From contig JANLHG010000014.1 in assembly GCA_024654575.1 (NCBI GenBank), forward strand, positions 24,745 to 88,744: a DNA stretch of 64,000 bases, written 5' to 3'. Shown here one piece after another: positions 57,730 through 64,000 of the stretch. The translations under genes were made by a program, and so were the position numbers. The notes beneath the pieces are model-generated. The model was not told the origin of the DNA, searched no databases, and saw nothing but the letters and a program-made list of their open reading frames with translations. The stretch comes from Patescibacteria group bacterium (lineage in GTDB: Bacteria > Patescibacteriota > Minisyncoccia > Phycocordibacterales > PALSA-1337). Numbering within the stretch: position 1 is the first letter of the stretch; each line of letters opens with the position of its first letter.

Positions 57730-58022
57730 GAGCTGAAAATTTGATTTTTCAGTCGCTTAATCTGGTTGAAGTAAGTTTGGGCATCAACCGATGTTTTAAA
57801 ATCCCAAAAGTCTTTTATGGTTTCATCTATCCCACTACTCTTTTTTACAATGAATAAAACTTTGTTTCTTACTGCTTTATCTAAACCTGACAATTCAAAA
57901 TTTTGACAAAGCAAAAATGCCACGAGCGAAATATCGTAGCTATAAAAATAGTTTGTTGTGTCGTCGAAAGGCAGATAAGTATATTCCTCTGGGTGAACAC
58001 TTTTTTGTGTTTTTTTAGTCAT
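57726..58022 (-). CDS. Hypothetical small protein (DUF5659-like pattern)
   Basis: A YDISLVAFLLCQNFEL central segment resembles phage-associated DUF5659. Weak. Confidence 0.3.
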   Translation of the reverse strand: MTKKTQKSVHPEEYTYLPFDDTTNYFYSYDISLVAFLLCQNFELSGLDKAVRNKVLFIVKKSSGIDETIKDFWDFKTSVDAQTYFNQIKRLKNQIFSS

Positions 58023-58142
58023 ATAATTTTGTTAATTTAATTTGTTAAAACGACCTAATAGATTTTTTGAAAAACAAAAAACCATACTAGTTGCAGTATG
58101 GACTTTAAGAGAATTCGTATGAGAATTTTGGACTAAACTGGA

Positions 58143-58715
58143 CTACTCTGGACTATTTTTTGTATGAGCTAATTCTAATTCCTTAAAAAATAAAAGAATT
58201 TTTACACCAGCTTTTTCTAAATCATTTTTAATGATCTCGTCTCCTCTATAAATTAAAGTATCCTTACCTCTTTTGTAGAAAAATGCTTTGAGGATTTCTC
58301 CCTTAAAACCAAGTCCATTCAAAATTTTAATAAAACTTTTATTTTTAACCCGATTTTGAGTAGATAAATTACCAAACTTTGATGGTAATTCATTTCTATT
58401 TATTTTTGTGTGTGGAGCTTGAGAACAAACATACTCAAAAAATTCGAGATTACTTCCAACGGCATGTGGTTTTCCTATAAGATATTCATTAACCCATATC
58501 TCTCGGTCTTTTATTAAAAGTTTAAACTTATTTGTAATTGAATTTACTGTTGGTTTTTTATTAATTAATTCTCTAAAACTTGCCTCATGTTCTTTACTCG
58601 TTGATAGGTCCAAAACTCTTGCCCTGTACGCTAGATATTTTGTCTCAAAATCGTCTGGTAATTCTATATATAAATCAGTAGCCATAAAATTACATATAAT
58701 CTGGAAGAAAATCAA
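58143..58715 (-). CDS. Hypothetical protein
   Basis: 190 aa with no motif. Overlaps the upstream gene by 26 nt. Confidence 0.3.
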   Translation of the reverse strand: MIFFQIICNFMATDLYIELPDDFETKYLAYRARVLDLSTSKEHEASFRELINKKPTVNSITNKFKLLIKDREIWVNEYLIGKPHAVGSNLEFFEYVCSQAPHTKINRNELPSKFGNLSTQNRVKNKSFIKILNGLGFKGEILKAFFYKRGKDTLIYRGDEIIKNDLEKAGVKILLFFKELELAHTKNSPE

Positions 58716-59217
58716 ATCTATCTATCAAACCTTCTTTTTTAAGACTAAGGAGAAAATTTTCAAATTGAGGAAAGTCATCAATACCAAATTCTCTTATCCA
58801 GCTCCAATATTTTGATTGAGAAATTGTATACCTGTTTTTATTAGGATATATATCCCATTCATCTTTTAATTTTTTAAGAATGTAGAGTTTTTTTGAGTCA
58901 ACCTTACTTAGTCCTTCTAATCTATTTTCAAATTCAGTTATTTCATTTATTTGTTTTTGTCTTTGTTTGTGGGCTTTTATATCCGAATTTTTTACCTTTT
59001 CTTCTTCTGTTATTCTTATAGTCAACGGTGTTTCGTCAAATTTAGCGAAACATATAGGTCTTCCTGTTCGTTTTTCTGCTTCTTGAATTTGTTCATCTAT
59101 CTCTTTCAGTTCTTTTGGGTAGGGAGATCCAATACCCATTTGAAATCTACGAGTGGCTACACTTTCAATTTCTTTTTTTTGTTCGATTAAATTTAATAAG
59201 ATTTCTTCTGGGGTCAT
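58690..59217 (-). CDS. Hypothetical protein
   Basis: 175-aa charged, helical protein with no motif. Confidence 0.3.
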   Translation of the reverse strand: MTPEEILLNLIEQKKEIESVATRRFQMGIGSPYPKELKEIDEQIQEAEKRTGRPICFAKFDETPLTIRITEEEKVKNSDIKAHKQRQKQINEITEFENRLEGLSKVDSKKLYILKKLKDEWDIYPNKNRYTISQSKYWSWIREFGIDDFPQFENFLLSLKKEGLIDRFDFLPDYM

Positions 59218-59277
59218 TGTAATTGTAATTTATTCTAACTTTACTCTTTTTTACATTTTTTTCAAGCACGAAAAAAC

Positions 59278-59302
59278 AAAGCATGAGTATGCTTTTTTTT
59301 AA
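59278..59302 (-). terminator. Rho-independent terminator downstream of the XRE gene
   Basis: AAGCAT-GAGT-ATGCTT hairpin flanked by A-run and T-run. Confidence 0.5.
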
Positions 59303-59311
59303 GATAAAATC

Positions 59312-59533
59312 CTAGAAATTAAACAATTCGTTTAATTCAACACCGAGAGCTTTTGCAAGTTTCTCTATATTTTCAAGAGAGACATTTCTCTCTCCACGCT
59401 CTACGCCACCTATGTAACTTCGGTCCAAACCAGTCTTGAAAGATAGACTCATCTGGGAAGTTATACCTTTCTCAAGACGGAGATTTCTAATTCTATTACC
59501 AAACCTTTTGAGTATGTTACTTCCTTTAGTCAT
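59312..59533 (-). CDS. XRE-family helix-turn-helix transcriptional regulator
   Basis: IRNLRLEKGITSQMSLSFKTGLDRSYIGGVERGERNVSLENIEKLAKALGVELNELF. Confidence 0.7.
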   Translation of the reverse strand: MTKGSNILKRFGNRIRNLRLEKGITSQMSLSFKTGLDRSYIGGVERGERNVSLENIEKLAKALGVELNELFNF

Positions 59534-59641
59534 TTATAAAGCATAGTGCTGATGAGGACTATAATGCGACGGACTATGAGTACCACTGTTTTTGTGGTAG
59601 ATTATTGCTTATAGGTACTTATAGTCATCATTGTTCTGTTT

Positions 59642-61441
59642 ATGTCTCAAAAATTACAATTACAATCAAAACAATTTCAAAAAGTTGAGCAAGCGAAAGG
59701 TCGCCCACTTCTACAGTGGGTAGGCAAGAAGCCACTTGAAAGTGTGCAATTTTATCCTGCACAGGAGACCGAGGTGTACGGCGACAAAGGTACAAAGGAT
59801 TTCAATAAGATGTTTTGGGGTGATAACTTGCAGGTTCTCTCGCACCTCTTGAAAGAGTATCGTGGCAAGATTGATTTGATATACATTGACCCTCCGTTTG
59901 ATAGTAAGGCGGACTATGTTCGCAAAGTAAAAATACGAGGTGAAAAAATTGAAGGAACTGGACAGGGGATATTTGAAGAAAAGCAATACACTGACATCTG
60001 GGAGAGAGATGAGTTTTTGCAATTTATATACGAAAGATTGCTTTTAATGAAAGAGTTACTTTCTGATAAGGGAGTTATCTATCTTCATTGTGATTGGCAC
60101 AAAAGTGGCTATTTGAGATTGATTATGGATGAAGTATTCGGTGAAGATAATTTTAGAAATGAAATAATTTGGCACTACTTCGTATCGGGTAAGTATCCAA
60201 GTGAGTTTGCAAAAGACCACGACAATATATATGTATACTCAAAAAATAAAGATGTAACATTTAATTACGAAAAACAAGTAGATAAATCTTTGTATTATGA
60301 AAAGTATTTCAATAAGCAAATTGTTACAGGAAAAGACGGCAAAGAGTATTATGAATATAACGGAGAATTAAGAACATTTGAAAAACAAGTTTCTGAAACT
60401 TGGAATATGAATAAGATTAAAAGAGATGGTAAAGAGATAGTTGGTTATCCAACGCAGAAACCAGAGGAACTGTTAGAGAGAATAATAAGGACATCTTCAA
60501 ATGAAGGTGATGTAATAGCAGATTTCTTTATGGGCTCGGGGACTACCCAAGTGGTAGCACAGAAGCTCGGGCGTAGATGGATAGGGTGCGACATCAATCT
60601 CGGAGCTGTTCAGACAGCCACCAAGCGTCTCAATCAAATCATCATTGACCAGCAAGAAGAAAAGGCGAAAGGCTTCAATGGCTCACTCGGCTTCAAGGTG
60701 CTCAATGTGAATGACTACGATGTATTCAAAAATGAGCTTGAGGCGAAAGAAATCGTTATGGAGATGTATGGGGTTGAGCCAGTTAAGCGTATCTATTTTG
60801 ATGGTGTTATGGATAAGAACTTCGTGAAGGTTATGCCACTCAATCGTGTTCTCAACAAGATGGACATCCGCACCATGCTCAAGAGCGTTGGCGATAAACT
60901 AGATAGCTTCACAGTGAAAGCCAAGTCAAAGGCAGGAGAGGCGGTCTATGAAGAAGGTGTGCTGGTCATCTGCTCGGGCATGGAGCTAGATGTGGTGGAC
61001 TTCATCAAGAAAGAGAATAAGACGGGTGTGAAAATAGAGGTCCGAGACATTCTGACTGACAAGAAAAATCTTATCTTCAAGAAAAAACCAGAGGCAAAGA
61101 TTATCGTGAAAGCAGAAGACAAAAAACTCACTGTTGAGCTCAAGGATTTCTATTCGCCGATACTGATGCGAAAGTTGGAGATTGAGAATGAAAAAGTGCT
61201 CAAGAAAGAGAACAAGGCGAAGGTGGGCGACTTCAAGCAAATCATTGATAGTGTAGCGATAGATGTGGACTATAACGGCAAGCTGTTCAATGCCGAAGTG
61301 ATGGACCTGCCAGATAAGAAAGAGGTCATCAAAGCCAAGTATTCGTGGGAGTATCCGAAGAAAGGCAAGAATACTGTGGCAATAAAGATAGTGGATGTGC
61401 TCGGCGAAGAATACTTTGAAACCTTTGAAGTAAACGCATAA
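59642..61441 (+). CDS. mod: Type III restriction-modification system methyltransferase (Mod), beta-class N6-adenine/N4-cytosine MTase
   Basis: Motif IV DLIYIDPPFDS precedes motif I IADFFMGSGTT (the beta-class order), and a target-recognition region lies between them. A Res-like helicase-nuclease gene follows 5 nt downstream. Confidence 0.72.
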   Translation: MSQKLQLQSKQFQKVEQAKGRPLLQWVGKKPLESVQFYPAQETEVYGDKGTKDFNKMFWGDNLQVLSHLLKEYRGKIDLIYIDPPFDSKADYVRKVKIRGEKIEGTGQGIFEEKQYTDIWERDEFLQFIYERLLLMKELLSDKGVIYLHCDWHKSGYLRLIMDEVFGEDNFRNEIIWHYFVSGKYPSEFAKDHDNIYVYSKNKDVTFNYEKQVDKSLYYEKYFNKQIVTGKDGKEYYEYNGELRTFEKQVSETWNMNKIKRDGKEIVGYPTQKPEELLERIIRTSSNEGDVIADFFMGSGTTQVVAQKLGRRWIGCDINLGAVQTATKRLNQIIIDQQEEKAKGFNGSLGFKVLNVNDYDVFKNELEAKEIVMEMYGVEPVKRIYFDGVMDKNFVKVMPLNRVLNKMDIRTMLKSVGDKLDSFTVKAKSKAGEAVYEEGVLVICSGMELDVVDFIKKENKTGVKIEVRDILTDKKNLIFKKKPEAKIIVKAEDKKLTVELKDFYSPILMRKLEIENEKVLKKENKAKVGDFKQIIDSVAIDVDYNGKLFNAEVMDLPDKKEVIKAKYSWEYPKKGKNTVAIKIVDVLGEEYFETFEVNA

Positions 61442-61446
61442 TGCTA

Positions 61447-64000
61447 TGGATACTCTATTTCTACAAAACATCCAGAAGCAGGTTGAAAAGTGGCGTGCTG
61501 ATGGCTATAAGGGCGTGCATAAAGAGACCGAGAACATACTGTCGCATATAAGGCGTGTAGCTTTCCTACATGAGCCACAAGTAGAAGCACTGGAGACCTA
61601 TATCTATCTCAAGGAAGTAGTGGGTAATAAGCCATCCGTGGAGCTATTCCGACAAGCATTTGAAAGCGAGCTTGAGCTTATTCGTGCCCTCGGTATCTCT
61701 GAAAAGGAGGCGACTGAACTCGCCTATGACAAAAAGAAAAAAGAAAAGATACAAGCAATCCTTGATGAGAAGTTCGGGACCTCGGACTATGTAAATCAAG
61801 TCTATGCTCTCACTATGGGCTCGGGCAAGACCATCTTGATGGCAGTGATGATGCTCTACGACTTCGTGCTTTCGTTCTATCACAAAGATGATGGACGCTT
61901 CGCAAAGAACGCTCTAGTCTTCGCTCCCGACACCACAATTATTGAGAGCTTGAAAGAAATCAAGACCTTTGACTACTCACGAGTACTCCCGAAAGAATAC
62001 GAGAATATCATCTTGAACATCAAATATCACTACCTTGAAAGCACTGACACCTCCCTTGCTCCGAACGGGAACTACAATGTCATCGTCTCTAATTCACAGA
62101 AGATAATCTTGAAGACGAGGAATGAAAGTGGCGATGCTACCAAGCGTTTGTTTGGCGATAAGAATGAGCTCGGCAGACGAGAGGTTGAAAACATGCGATT
62201 GCAAGCAATACGACAGCTCGGCTCACTCCAGATTTTCGTGGATGAAGCCCATCACTCATACGGCAAGACGCTTGAAGGCACCTTGAAGAAAACACGCCAG
62301 ACGATTGATTATTTGCACAAGCATACTCCGCTTATTTCTGTGGTAAACCTCACGGGAACTCCGTATGTGAACAACAATATGATTTCCGATGTTGTGTATC
62401 ACTTCGGTCTCAAGCAGGGCATAGAGAAAGGTATTTTGAAGCAGGTCCGCATACTGGATTACGGCGTGGTTCGGTCCCAGAAGTTTCTTGAGGAAGTGAT
62501 TGATACTTTCGTTTCTGAATACGGCACGAAGCGACTGGAAGGGCGATTGCCGAAGATAGCTTTTTACGCATCAAACATTGATGATTTGCGAAACGACTTG
62601 AAGCCAAAGCTGGAGCGTGTGCTCATTGAGCGTAATATACTGCCGAGCACCATTCTTGAATACCATACACGGGCGGAAGAAAATGCCGATGACTTCAAAC
62701 AGCTTGATACCGCAGAAAGCAAAAAGCAGTTCGTGTTGCTCGTGGGTAAGGGCACCGAAGGGTGGAATTGCCGTTCACTTGTCTCTGTAGCTTTATATAG
62801 GAAGCCAAAGAGCACTATCCTCGTGCTTCAATCAACGACACGATGTCTCCGAGCCATTGGCGACAATTCTACTCGTGCACATATATTCCTTTCAAAAGAG
62901 AACTACAAGATACTTGATAAAGAGCTCAAGAATAACTTTGCTTCAAGCATCAGTGAGTTGAATGCACAGGACCAAAAAATGGTGGAGCATACGCTAGAGG
63001 TGCAGAAACGGAAAACCATCAAGGTTAAAAAGGTGCTCAAAGAGATTTTGTCGGTGCAGGAGGCGAACGCCGATAGCATCAAGATTGATTTCAAGGAGTT
63101 CAGTCCAGAGAAGTATCAGTCATTCGTGAGCGAGGGAGGCATCTTTCTTGGAGACGAAGGCACGGCTGGATATAGTGAAGCTCGGGCGGTCCGAAAGATA
63201 GAAGACAAGAACACTTTTACTTTCTACGAGATAGCGGAGGTCATCAATCGCTATACGCATTTGCCATGTGTTGTCATTGATAGCATCATTTCTGGCAGTG
63301 GTAAGAAGCGTGATGAGTTCGTAAAGATGGCAAACGATAATATCGCACTCGTGCCGTTCGTGGTGCAAGAAATCCTCAAGAGTGCCTATAAGTATGAAGA
63401 AAAGACCGAGACAGTTGAAGAAGAACTTGAGCTCACAAAACTCTTTCCGTTCAAAATCTCTGTCCAGCAAAGCAGAGATACTCTTGTAGTGTATAAGGAT
63501 ATAGAGGAGAGTATGAGTGGTAAAAGTCGTATTGGCTTCAATATAAATCCCTATGCTTTTGACAGTAGCGATGAAAAAGACCTTTTCAGATATTTGCGAG
63601 GCGTGCTTGATAAGGAGGAGACTATAAAGGATGTTTACTTCACAGGTGCTCGTGTTTGTGCTGACCCGAACAGAAATGATTTTTATTTTGAATATAGGGA
63701 CCCACAGAACGAACATAAAACAGCTCGTTATTTTCCAGATTTTCTTATTGAGACTTCAAATGAACGTTTTTTTGTTATTGAGACGAAAGGTGGGGAAGAA
63801 GAAGCCAACTACGAAGCAAATAAGAAATCCTACAATGGCAAGTTGGAAAACCTCACAAACGATATACTCGCAAAAGAAATCGGTTTCAATGATTTTCAGA
63901 GCATAAACAAGAACTTTGAATATCGCATCATTTTTAATGCCTCGCTCCAACGTGAACGGGTGCGATTGTTTGAGAAGTTAAAAGATATTAAGAGTAAGGG
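61447..64000 (+). CDS. res: Type III restriction enzyme Res subunit (SF2 DEAH helicase + PD-(D/E)xK nuclease), 3'-partial
   Basis: Not in the ORF track. ATG at 61447, and the frame stays open to the window end (more than 851 codons). Walker A LTMGSGKTIL, DEAH box IFVDEAHHSYGKT, and a C-terminal PD...ExK (YFPDFLIETSNERFFVIETKG). The many short minus-strand ORFs listed for 61644..63950 are its shadows. Confidence 0.72.

Larger units (their letters stand above)
52600..64000. mobile_element. Integrative element inserted at tRNA-His (right boundary beyond the window)
   Basis: The serine integrase overlaps the tRNA 3' end. A P4-like primase-helicase, small accessory genes with iteron-like repeats, an XRE regulator and a type III R-M pair follow. 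Blocks 55.3-57.5 kb and 59.6-64 kb are about 40-47% GC against about 30% for the host. Confidence 0.6.

Noticed and set aside
59711-61471. Minus-strand ORFs 59711..60022, 60946..61143 and 60986..61471
   Set aside because: Antisense shadows of the 599-aa Mod methyltransferase gene.
61644-63950. Seven short minus-strand ORFs listed in the track
   Set aside because: All lie antisense to the long open plus-strand frame starting at 61447 (the Res helicase-nuclease), which the track omitted because it has no in-window stop.

Overview
The window is low-GC (about 30%), tightly packed, and has short overlapping genes and many tRNAs. By inference it comes from a small-genome bacterium of the CPR/Patescibacteria type. 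It begins at the replication origin, with a partial dnaA on the minus strand divergent from rpmH-rnpA-yidC. Next is an 11-gene minus-strand operon (1605..12495) encoding a minimal type IV secretion-like apparatus. Its recognisable parts are a VirB4-like ATPase that appears to be split in two, a VirB3/PrgI-like small membrane protein and a VirB6/TrbL-like polytopic protein, plus several secreted or membrane proteins of unknown function. No coupling protein and no relaxase are present. After that comes a core block: ksgA, pcrA/uvrD, an M23/LysM peptidase, comM, pnp-rpsO, xerC-like, xth, cca, hup, rny, clpP, rsmE, nusA, ppa, ruvA, rpsT, ruvX, uppS, rplS, a pilMNO cluster and 10 tRNAs. Inside this block is a translationally coupled racemase / ATP-grasp / asparagine synthetase operon. 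The window also contains a 21-bp-periodic heptapeptide-repeat gene, a GC-rich (~47%) islet encoding an atypical receiver-like protein, and a Fic gene with operator-like repeats. From tRNA-His (52600) to the window end there is an integrative element: a large serine recombinase whose 3' end overlaps the tRNA, a P4-like primase-helicase, small unknown genes with iteron-like repeats, an XRE regulator, and a type III R-M pair. The Res gene of that pair runs off the window end and is absent from the supplied ORF track, as are the partial dnaA and rpmH. The content of the element is GC-richer than the host.
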